From the NCBI GenBank assembly GCA_015163855.1, contig JAAOIK010000043.1, positions 3,133-67,132 of the forward strand: a stretch of DNA of 64,000 nucleotides, in the 5' to 3' direction. Below, in pieces: positions 17,838 through 25,605 of the stretch (its first letter is position 1; each line of letters opens with the position of its first letter). The position numbers were made by a program, and so were the translations under genes. The stretch comes from Pseudobdellovibrionaceae bacterium (GTDB taxonomy: Bacteria; Bdellovibrionota; Bdellovibrionia; Bdellovibrionales; UBA1609). Below the pieces are notes generated by a model. That model worked only from the letters and a program-made list of their open reading frames with translations. It did not search any database and was not told the DNA's origin.

Positions 17838-19585
17838 TACATACTCTCCTCGTCATCCCCAATAGTAACTCTAAGCACTTCCCTCACCGTAGTAATTCCC
17901 TTAGCTAGCTTTTCTAAAGCATGTTGCCTAAGACTTATAAAACCCTCTGCTAAAGCTATTTTTTTAAATGCATCCCCTTTAACCCCTTCAATTAAAGCTT
18001 TTTTTAAAACACTGGTAAATTCTAAAACTTCAAAAACGGCACTTCTTCCTGAAAAACCCGTTTGATTACAGCGAACACAACCTCTGCCTTTTTTTAAATT
18101 TTTAAATTGATTTAAATTTTTTTCTTTTACGCCAACGCTTAATAGCACTTGCTCATTAACTTCTTCCGCAACTAAGCAAAATTTGCAGTTAGTTCTTACT
18201 AACCTTTGGGCAACAATTACAGAAGTAGAATCTGCAACGATATAACCAGGAATACCCATGTCTAACAATCTGCTAACCGAAGAAGGGGCATCGTTAGTGT
18301 GCAAGGTGGACAAAACTAAATGTCCTGTGGAAGAAGCTTTATAAGCAATTTCTGCTGTTTCTAAATCACGAATCTCCCCTATCATAATAATTTCTGGATC
18401 TTGTCTTAAAAAAGCCCTTAGTGCATCAGAAAAATTAAACCCAATGGCTGGGTTAACCTGTACCTGATTAATTCCTTCAAAATTAAATTCCACTGGGTTT
18501 TCCGCTGTGGAAATATTTTTTTCTTCTGTGTTTAAGGTCTGCACAGCAGAGTATAGCGTTGTAGTTTTACCACTTCCTGTGGGACCTGTTACCAAAACAA
18601 TCCCTTGTGGCTTTGCAACAGCCTTTTGAAATTGTTCTAACTGGCTTGGAATGAACCCCAATTTAGTCATATCTACTTGCAAATTAGTTTTGTCTAATAA
18701 ACGCAACACAATTTTTTCACCAAAAAGCGTAGGCAATGCACTAACCCTAAAATCCACCACTTTGCCATTTTCACTTTTTGCTTTTAGACGACCATCTTGC
18801 GGTTTTCGCTTTTCAGAAATATCCATACCAGAAATAATTTTAAGCCTGCTTACCGCAGCCAAAGCAATACTTTTAGGTGGCCGTACTTTCTCTAAAAGCA
18901 CTCCATCTTTGCGGTAACGAACTCTAAAAATTTTTTCATATACTTCGAAATGAATATCTGAAACATTTTCCATGATTGCTACTTGTATTATGTCACTAAT
19001 AAATTTAATAACCGCACTTTCGCTAGCGTTACTATCTACTTTTAAGTCCAGCTCTATAGATTCGGCATTGTCTAAAGCCAAACTCTTTCCCTCTGCTTCT
19101 AATGTGGCTGTAGAAGATTTGTTAACAATGGTCGATCCGTATAACTTTTGCCCATAAGAAGTAAGCTCTGCCCCTTCGCATAAAATTATACTTACCTTCA
19201 TCCCTGATGTGTATGCTATCGAAGATTTTATTTTCTCTGGTAATAAATCCACAGCGGCTACCACTAACATACTTCCTATTTTTTCCACAGGTACCACTTG
19301 GTATTTAATATAAGTAGCTTCGGGAATAAGTTTTATTAACTCTGGTTTAATAGCAAAAGCGGTAAGTTTAACAAAATTAATGTTATGGTATTTTTTTAAA
19401 AAAAGTTTTATTTGTTCAAGAGCTTTTGGCTTTTTTTTAATAAAGCCAGAAAGAATACCTAGCCCCACCAAGTTTTCAAACCTAAAACCCTGAGGCTTAG
19501 TAGTTTTTAAACTACCTTGTTTGGCATTATTATCCGAGCTAATTTCCTCGCCTAATTGTAATGCTATGTTTTTATTAGATGACAT
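17837..19585 (-). CDS. pilB: Type IV pilus assembly ATPase PilB (GspE family)
   Basis: Walker A GPTGSGKTTTLYS, QDPEIIMIGEIRD, TGHLVLSTLHTN and tetracysteine CKFC...CVRC. The stop overlaps the pilT start by 1 nt. Confidence 0.92.
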   Translation of the reverse strand: MSSNKNIALQLGEEISSDNNAKQGSLKTTKPQGFRFENLVGLGILSGFIKKKPKALEQIKLFLKKYHNINFVKLTAFAIKPELIKLIPEATYIKYQVVPVEKIGSMLVVAAVDLLPEKIKSSIAYTSGMKVSIILCEGAELTSYGQKLYGSTIVNKSSTATLEAEGKSLALDNAESIELDLKVDSNASESAVIKFISDIIQVAIMENVSDIHFEVYEKIFRVRYRKDGVLLEKVRPPKSIALAAVSRLKIISGMDISEKRKPQDGRLKAKSENGKVVDFRVSALPTLFGEKIVLRLLDKTNLQVDMTKLGFIPSQLEQFQKAVAKPQGIVLVTGPTGSGKTTTLYSAVQTLNTEEKNISTAENPVEFNFEGINQVQVNPAIGFNFSDALRAFLRQDPEIIMIGEIRDLETAEIAYKASSTGHLVLSTLHTNDAPSSVSRLLDMGIPGYIVADSTSVIVAQRLVRTNCKFCLVAEEVNEQVLLSVGVKEKNLNQFKNLKKGRGCVRCNQTGFSGRSAVFEVLEFTSVLKKALIEGVKGDAFKKIALAEGFISLRQHALEKLAKGITTVREVLRVTIGDDEESM

Positions 19586-19587
19586 AA

Positions 19588-19614
19588 GTACCTCTGTTAT
19601 ATAAACGGAGGTAC
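19588..19614 (-). promoter_or_regulatory. SD-sequestering hairpin immediately 5' of the pilB start codon
   Basis: mRNA sense reads GUACCUCCG-UUUAUAUAA-CAGAGGUAC-UU-AUG. The stem is 9 bp (one G.U). The 3' arm contains the only GAGG Shine-Dalgarno, 5 nt before the AUG. Confidence 0.45.
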
Positions 19615-19666
19615 AAGATAAAAACTAAAGTAACTTTCCCCAGACTAAGGCCTATTTTACCTCTTT

Positions 19667-20224
19667 CTATTTAGGCATAGGGCGACCTAATAATGCCTCT
19701 AACTCTTTCCATTGCTTTGCCTTATAACAAGCGCGCAATCTTGAGCTAGAAACTTTGCTGCCATCCCAATAAACATCAGAAAAAATCTCTAACTCAATAC
19801 CCCTAGACAAACACCAAGTTTTTAATGTGGAGGTTGTTCCCAAGGCTTTGTGGCCAAAACAAAAATCTTCACCAACTACTATAGCCTTTGGTCTAAGAGG
19901 TAGTAGTTTTATGTTTAAAAAATCTTTTGCGCTTAAAGAAGCTAATAGCTGATCAAATTTTAACAGAATTAAATAATCGATGCCTAATTTTTTTAACTGC
20001 TTGGCTAAATCTTGCGTTGAGAATAAACGGACTTCTTTTTTTGTAAAAAAATTTACAGGGTGAGGGTCAAAGCTTATAACTACGCTGGGAACTTTATACT
20101 GTTTTTGTCTGTTTAATAAAGTTTTTAATAACGCTTGGTGCGCAATGTGGACGCCATCAAAATTACCAACACTTACTACACAAGAGGTAAAATCTATATT
20201 GTCATAATTAGAGAAAATTTTCAT
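19667..20224 (-). CDS. ribF: FMN adenylyltransferase (FAD synthetase N-terminal domain only; no riboflavin-kinase domain)
   Basis: VSVGNFDGVHIAHQALL nucleotidyltransferase motif. The ORF stops at ...ALLGRPMPK, where the kinase domain of bifunctional RibF normally begins. Only 81 nt remain before pilB. Confidence 0.75.
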   Translation of the reverse strand: MKIFSNYDNIDFTSCVVSVGNFDGVHIAHQALLKTLLNRQKQYKVPSVVISFDPHPVNFFTKKEVRLFSTQDLAKQLKKLGIDYLILLKFDQLLASLSAKDFLNIKLLPLRPKAIVVGEDFCFGHKALGTTSTLKTWCLSRGIELEIFSDVYWDGSKVSSSRLRACYKAKQWKELEALLGRPMPK

Positions 20225-20228
20225 TTTA

Positions 20229-20849
20229 CTAAGCCTCTAAAACCCACTGGTTTTGAAAAGCAATATTAGCGAGTAATTTATATTGATAAGATTTTCTTAA
20301 AACTTTAATTTTATCCTCTTTCACTTTAATCACAGTACTTGGAATATGTAGTTTTTGCAAAAAATTATTAAAATGCGAACAAATTTTAATGTCTGCATTT
20401 AATTTTCTTATGCTGCTTGCTTCATTACAAATTGAAGACCCACTAACATTAGCGCTTGTGGTAATCAGCACACCCTCCCATTGATTTAATAATTTTTCAA
20501 CAAAGTCATTATTAATACAGCGAAAAGCAACAGTGCCATCTAAAGAACCTAATCGACTAGCCCAACCAAAATTTTTAGCCTTGCATACTATGCTAAACGA
20601 ACCTGGCCAAACTTCTTTAACTACATTTTTTTCAAAGTTCGACAAAGTAGCATGTTCACTAAGGCTTTTTACAGAGGGAATTAGTACGCTAAACCTTTTA
20701 TCTGCAGGTCTGTTTTTTATACGAACTAAGTTGTCCACAGCCTGCGTGTTACAGGCATCGACGCTTAACCCCCAAACAGTATCTGTGGGAAAAGCAATAA
20801 CTTTTCCCTGTTTTAAAAATTGAATGTAACTAGTTATACACGCCTGCAT
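20229..20849 (-). CDS. tsaC: L-threonylcarbamoyladenylate synthase (TsaC/YrdC/Sua5 family)
   Basis: AFPTDTVWGLSVDA, RIKNRPADKRFSVLI and LITTSANVSG motifs. Confidence 0.85.
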   Translation of the reverse strand: MQACITSYIQFLKQGKVIAFPTDTVWGLSVDACNTQAVDNLVRIKNRPADKRFSVLIPSVKSLSEHATLSNFEKNVVKEVWPGSFSIVCKAKNFGWASRLGSLDGTVAFRCINNDFVEKLLNQWEGVLITTSANVSGSSICNEASSIRKLNADIKICSHFNNFLQKLHIPSTVIKVKEDKIKVLRKSYQYKLLANIAFQNQWVLEA

Positions 20850-21604
20850 TATAATTGCTCTTTTTTATAAGATTTTAATTTTGCCTGTAAATGCCCGCGC
20901 TTTAACTTAAAGCTAAATCTACTAACTATATTATTTTTTTTATATCGGCCAACCCATACCTTTAAAGATATTGCTTTTTCTTTGTCTGAATAAACAGAAA
21001 ATTTTTGTACTTTTATTTTTTTATTTATAACTAAAACTTCTTTTACGCTTAATGCCTTAATTTTAGCTGCAACTATTTTTTTTTTATATAAAAGGTATAT
21101 GCTTTCGGTTTTTTTCTTTTTCCAAGGTTTGGCGGCAATATACCAGGGGGCTGTCCATAAACTGTGAACGCTTTTGCTGGCCTTCAAGGACAACAATTTT
21201 TTATTAATGGCTACTTTTTTTTTATTAAAATTAACTAGCTGTGTTTTTTTAAAAAATCTTGTAGGTGGCAGCAATCGTATATGCTCGTAAGTGCTTTTTT
21301 TCTTTACTACTTTAGTATTTTTCCATTCCCTAAGTTGTAAAAATTGGCCGCTAATTACGGCAAAAAGAGATTGGTTTAGGCTGTAGATCCAAGCTAGTTG
21401 TTTTTTTGTACCCAGTCTCATGTTAAAGCGAATTTCTTTTTTGCTTTTTTTAGTAATATTAAGGTGGATTTCGCCCACGCTGATATTAAAATATTTTACA
21501 CTATAAACATATTTTTCTTTGTAAAAAAAATTTTTACTCTTTGCCTTGCAAACTCCAGGTAAGTTTATATATAAAAAAATAAAAAATAAAAAATAACTTT
21601 TCAT
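20849..21604 (-). CDS. Secreted Lys-rich hypothetical protein (possibly DUF3108-like)
   Basis: Signal peptide MKSYFLFFIFLYINLPGVCKA. Beta-rich alternating pattern (YVYSVKYFNISVGEIHLNI). Overlaps lpxK by 4 nt. Confidence 0.35.
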   Translation of the reverse strand: MKSYFLFFIFLYINLPGVCKAKSKNFFYKEKYVYSVKYFNISVGEIHLNITKKSKKEIRFNMRLGTKKQLAWIYSLNQSLFAVISGQFLQLREWKNTKVVKKKSTYEHIRLLPPTRFFKKTQLVNFNKKKVAINKKLLSLKASKSVHSLWTAPWYIAAKPWKKKKTESIYLLYKKKIVAAKIKALSVKEVLVINKKIKVQKFSVYSDKEKAISLKVWVGRYKKNNIVSRFSFKLKRGHLQAKLKSYKKEQL

Positions 21605-22602
21605 AACCCGTTAACTTTGCTTAAAAATAAATCTTCATTGTTTACAAATTGGACTTCTAATTTTATATAAAATAAAAAATCTTTCCATTTTAAAAATTCT
21701 TTTAACTTATGCCAGTCTTTTTCGGTACAGAGCACTTGGTTAATACCGTGCTCTAGGCAATAAGCAAGCACAGAGTTAACCTCCTTTTCTGTATAAAGAA
21801 AGTGGTCTTTGTACATAAAATGTTTTTGTATTAAAAAATTTTGTTTTACTACACTTTTTTCAAACACAGAAGGGTTGGCAATTCCTGACAGTAAAACTGT
21901 GGGCTTGCTTTTGTCTATTTTTTTGCCGTTGCCCGAAACAACATCTGTAAGGTAATAACCAACATCGCAAGATAATATATTTTTAAAACAAAATTTTTGG
22001 CTCAGGTTTTTTTTAAACTGGCTTAGCCTTTCTTGTGATATTAAATTTACTTTTGTGAACAAAATAATATCTGCTCGCTTTAAAGAAGAATAACTTTCTC
22101 TTAATCGCCCTTTTGGAAATGCTTGATAAAAATTTTTAGGCTGACTAACATCTAGTAAAACAATATTAATGTCTCTAAATATTTTTCTGTGCTGAAAGGC
22201 GTCGTCTAAAACAAAACAATCCGCCCTTTCTTTATTCAATAAGTGCTTGCCCGCCTTCCATCGATTTTTTCCCACAGCATAGTGAATATTATGTTTAGAA
22301 TATAACATGTAGGCTTCGTCGCCAAAAAATGCCGCAGCATTTTTTTTGCTACTGTTTACCAATTGTATGCCCTTGGATATTCTGCCATAACCTCTAGATA
22401 AAATGGCTGGTGCTTTTTTATTTTTTAATAAGTATTTTACTAAGTAATCCACCAGTGGGGTTTTTCCCGCACCTCCCATAGATAAATTTCCAACGCTAAT
22501 TACTGGTACGGGTAATTTTAAAGTTTTTAAATATTTGTTGTCATATAAATAATTTTTTATACAAACAAAAAACTTAAATATAATTGATAAAAAATATAGC
22601 AT
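21601..22602 (-). CDS. lpxK: Tetraacyldisaccharide 4'-kinase LpxK
   Basis: VISVGNLSMGGAGKTPLV P-loop, ILSRGYGR and LDDAFQH. Confidence 0.9.
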   Translation of the reverse strand: MLYFLSIIFKFFVCIKNYLYDNKYLKTLKLPVPVISVGNLSMGGAGKTPLVDYLVKYLLKNKKAPAILSRGYGRISKGIQLVNSSKKNAAAFFGDEAYMLYSKHNIHYAVGKNRWKAGKHLLNKERADCFVLDDAFQHRKIFRDINIVLLDVSQPKNFYQAFPKGRLRESYSSLKRADIILFTKVNLISQERLSQFKKNLSQKFCFKNILSCDVGYYLTDVVSGNGKKIDKSKPTVLLSGIANPSVFEKSVVKQNFLIQKHFMYKDHFLYTEKEVNSVLAYCLEHGINQVLCTEKDWHKLKEFLKWKDFLFYIKLEVQFVNNEDLFLSKVNGL

Positions 22603-22605
22603 AAT

Positions 22606-23754
22606 TTACTTGTAGTTTAATAAAATGTTGCCCACCTCTTCAATGGGTTGCTTTTCTTTTAAAATTTCTTTTAAGTGCTTTAAATCTTCCTTTGTTTGCT
22701 TTTGTAAAGCTGTCGAGTGTAGATAGTTTTCTACATATTGTACAATTTCTTTTGTTTTCATTTTTTTTTGTATAAATTCAGGAAACACCGGTTTATTTAA
22801 AATTAAGTTGGGAAGGCTGAAAAATTTTAACTTTTTATTTAAAATAAGTTGCGCTATAAACATAGTCAAACTATGTACTTTATACATAACTACACAGGGT
22901 TTTAAAAATAAAGCCGCATAAAGAGTGGCTGTGCCCGAAGCACATAAGATAAAATCGGGAATTCGCAAAACTGTTGCAGAGGGGGCTTTTACAATAGAAA
23001 CCGGGGCGCTTGTGTTTTTTAAATATTCTTGCACACTTTCTTTTTCTATAGACGGTGCTAAAAAAATACTAAATTCTAATTTAGGGTCCTTTTTATATAA
23101 TTGCTCTACAACTTGTATTTGAGTAGGTAAAATATATTGAATTTCGCTCTTTCTACTGCCTGGTAACAGCCCAACAACTTTGGCATTAGAAGAAAATCCA
23201 TATTTTTGTCGAATAGCTTGATTGGTATCTTTGTCTAAATAATTTTTTGGAATAGTATTTACCAAAGGATTTCCTACATATACAAATTTTTCTTTAAAGT
23301 GTTTGTAAAAAGGTTTTTCAAACTCAAAAATAGACAAAATTTTATCGCAAGTTGCCTTTAAATCTTTAATTCTATTTTTTCGTGAAGCCCAAATTTTAGG
23401 AGGAATAAAGTAAACCACTGGTATATTTCTTTTTTTACAAGCCTTAGCAAGCCTTAAATTAAACCCTGGGTAATCTATTAACAAAACTACTTTTGGTTTT
23501 TGTAATTCTATTTCTTTTACTAATTTAGCAAAAGCCTTTTTTAAAAAAAAATACTGTTTAAATATATCGGTAATGCCCATAATAGAAAATCGCTTGGCAG
23601 GAAACACAGAACAAAAACCTTTTTTTTCCATTTCTACGCTGCCCAAACCAAAAGTTTTTAGCCCTGGTTCTTTGATTAATAAGTAATCTAACAGTTGCTC
23701 GGCATATAAATGAGCAGAGTCTTCGGCTGCAGAAATAAAAAGCGTAAAACTCAT
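22606..23754 (-). CDS. lpxB: Lipid-A-disaccharide synthase LpxB (start moved to the internal ATG)
   Basis: MSFTLFISAAEDSAHLYAEQLL matches the LpxB N-terminus. The ATG at 23754..23752 forms an ATGA overlap with the lpxA stop. The 31 extra codons in the ORF track lie inside lpxA. Confidence 0.85.
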   Translation of the reverse strand: MSFTLFISAAEDSAHLYAEQLLDYLLIKEPGLKTFGLGSVEMEKKGFCSVFPAKRFSIMGITDIFKQYFFLKKAFAKLVKEIELQKPKVVLLIDYPGFNLRLAKACKKRNIPVVYFIPPKIWASRKNRIKDLKATCDKILSIFEFEKPFYKHFKEKFVYVGNPLVNTIPKNYLDKDTNQAIRQKYGFSSNAKVVGLLPGSRKSEIQYILPTQIQVVEQLYKKDPKLEFSIFLAPSIEKESVQEYLKNTSAPVSIVKAPSATVLRIPDFILCASGTATLYAALFLKPCVVMYKVHSLTMFIAQLILNKKLKFFSLPNLILNKPVFPEFIQKKMKTKEIVQYVENYLHSTALQKQTKEDLKHLKEILKEKQPIEEVGNILLNYK

Positions 23755-24539
23755 CGAGCTAAACCCAAGGCAGAAGATTTTACAAATTGTATTAAAGTTT
23801 TTGCACTGTCTGATAAATCTTTTTTTTCTTCTAATTGGCAAAGCCACTCTTCTTGAGTTTGCTTGCCACTTAACAAAGAACGAAAGGCGCTGCGCAATTC
23901 TAAAATGTCTTTTTGTTTAAAGTTTGCTCTTTCTAAGCCTATTTTGTTTACTGCTCTAAGACTCGCCCACCTTCCTGCGGCAATACTAAAAGGCGCAATA
24001 TCTTTGTTCACAGAACTGTCTCCTGCCACATAGGCTAAGTTTCCTAAGCGCACCTTTTGAGCAACTAAAACTCCTCCCCCAATAACCACTTGGCTATCTA
24101 CTTTAACATGACCTGCTAGCTGAACTAAATTTGCCAACACCACCTTGTCTTTAATGTGACAGTCATGAGCTATGTGCACATAGGCCATAATTAAATTGTG
24201 ATTACCAACACTAGTAAGCCCTTGGTCTTTTGCAGTTCCCGCATCCATTGTTACAAAAGATCGAATAGTATTATTGTCCCCTATAGATAATTTGGTTTTT
24301 TCTTGTTTATAACTTAAATCTTGTGGAGGCAGCCCTATCATAGAGCTACTAAAAATATGATTATTTTTTCCAATACTTACCTCTGTAGAGGGGGAGCCAA
24401 CACAAACATGACTATCTATTATAGTGTTTTTTCCAATGCAAACATTGTCGTGTATAATGCTATAAGGCCCTATTATTACGCCTTCATCTAGTTGTGCAGT
24501 TGAAGAAACCTGAGCCGTTAAGTGAATTTTTGTAGACAT
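23751..24539 (-). CDS. lpxA: Acyl-ACP--UDP-GlcNAc O-acyltransferase LpxA
   Basis: Left-handed beta-helix hexapeptide repeats, PQDLSYKQEKTKLSIGDNNTIRSFVTM, MAYVHIAHDC and an LpxA-type helical C-terminus. Confidence 0.9.
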   Translation of the reverse strand: MSTKIHLTAQVSSTAQLDEGVIIGPYSIIHDNVCIGKNTIIDSHVCVGSPSTEVSIGKNNHIFSSSMIGLPPQDLSYKQEKTKLSIGDNNTIRSFVTMDAGTAKDQGLTSVGNHNLIMAYVHIAHDCHIKDKVVLANLVQLAGHVKVDSQVVIGGGVLVAQKVRLGNLAYVAGDSSVNKDIAPFSIAAGRWASLRAVNKIGLERANFKQKDILELRSAFRSLLSGKQTQEEWLCQLEEKKDLSDSAKTLIQFVKSSALGLAR

Positions 24540-24567
24540 AAGCTAACACCTGTTTAAATACTACCAA

Positions 24568-25011
24568 TTATTTTAAGTGGCAAAGTAACTCGGCCTCGGC
24601 CACCAATTTATCATTTACAAAAGCTTTAGTTAAGCCTAAAACATTAGGCTTTCTATACTTTATAATTACGCTAGACAACACCAACTGATCGCCTGGCAAA
24701 ACTAGCGACTTAAATTTTGCGTTTTTAATACGCCCCAGCAAAGGAACAGAGTGTGGTTTTTTGTCAAAGCTCATTAAAACACCCATGCTCTGAGCCAGAG
24801 CCTCAATAATTAAGACTCCTGGAAAAATGGGTTTTCCTGGAAAGTGTCCTTTAAAAACTGGGTCTTCTGCCGAAATATTTTTTAAAGCTAAAATTTTAGA
24901 ACCCACTACCTCGGGTAGATAATCCACCTGCGTTACTTCGTCAACCAGCAGAAAGGGAAACCTGTGAGGGATACGCTTTTTTATTTCTTCAACAGATAAA
25001 ACAGAAGGCAT
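24568..25011 (-). CDS. fabZ: 3-hydroxyacyl-ACP dehydratase FabZ
   Basis: IPHRFPFLLVD, DPVFKGHFPGKPIFPGVLIIEALAQ. Confidence 0.93.
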   Translation of the reverse strand: MPSVLSVEEIKKRIPHRFPFLLVDEVTQVDYLPEVVGSKILALKNISAEDPVFKGHFPGKPIFPGVLIIEALAQSMGVLMSFDKKPHSVPLLGRIKNAKFKSLVLPGDQLVLSSVIIKYRKPNVLGLTKAFVNDKLVAEAELLCHLK

Positions 25012-25026
25012 GCAAAAAGCCCTTAC

Positions 25027-25545
25027 CTACCTGCGGTGTTTTTTATTATACGCCTTAACAACGGTTTCTGTAATGTCTATATTCTTAGAGGCCCAAACAA
25101 TACTTTGTCTATCTAAAACCAAAGAGTATTTATTTTTTTTTGCCAATGACTTAATTAAAGCTTGTACATTTTTTAAAATGGGTACGGTTAATTTTCTTTC
25201 TCTTTTTTGAATGTCTGCCTGAGATTTAGAAACACTTTCTCTATATTTTAAAACTTTTTCTTGTAAGTTTTTTTGTTTTTGTAAAAAAACTACATCAGAT
25301 AAAACGCTACGCTTTTTTTCTAAATCCTTACCTAGTTGTTTTAAAACCTTTTCTTGCTTTGATAAAAATTTTCTTTTTTTATTAAACTCTTTAGATAAAA
25401 CAGCTTTAGCATTTTTTCCTGCCTTTACTGTTTGTAAAACATATTGCATATTTACAAATACTGTTTTTGCCGAAACAGAAATAGAAAATCCGTAAATTAA
25501 AACTGCTAAACTCCATTTAAAACCAGTAAACATATGTGCCTCCAA
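25027..25545 (-). CDS. skp: Periplasmic chaperone Skp/OmpH
   Basis: Signal peptide plus a Lys/Gln-rich coiled-coil of ~170 aa. Canonical position between bamA and fabZ. Confidence 0.7.
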   Translation of the reverse strand: MEAHMFTGFKWSLAVLIYGFSISVSAKTVFVNMQYVLQTVKAGKNAKAVLSKEFNKKRKFLSKQEKVLKQLGKDLEKKRSVLSDVVFLQKQKNLQEKVLKYRESVSKSQADIQKRERKLTVPILKNVQALIKSLAKKNKYSLVLDRQSIVWASKNIDITETVVKAYNKKHRR

Positions 25546-25605
25546 TGACTCTGTAATGCCTATATAGTAGCCTATAGTACTTTTGAAAACTTGCCAAATA
25601 AAAAA

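Noticed and set aside
23755-23847. A 31-codon N-terminal extension of the lpxB ORF in the track (MALPIRRKKRF...).
   Set aside because: It overlaps the well-conserved C-terminus of lpxA. An internal ATG gives the canonical ATGA stop/start overlap and a normal LpxB N-terminus.
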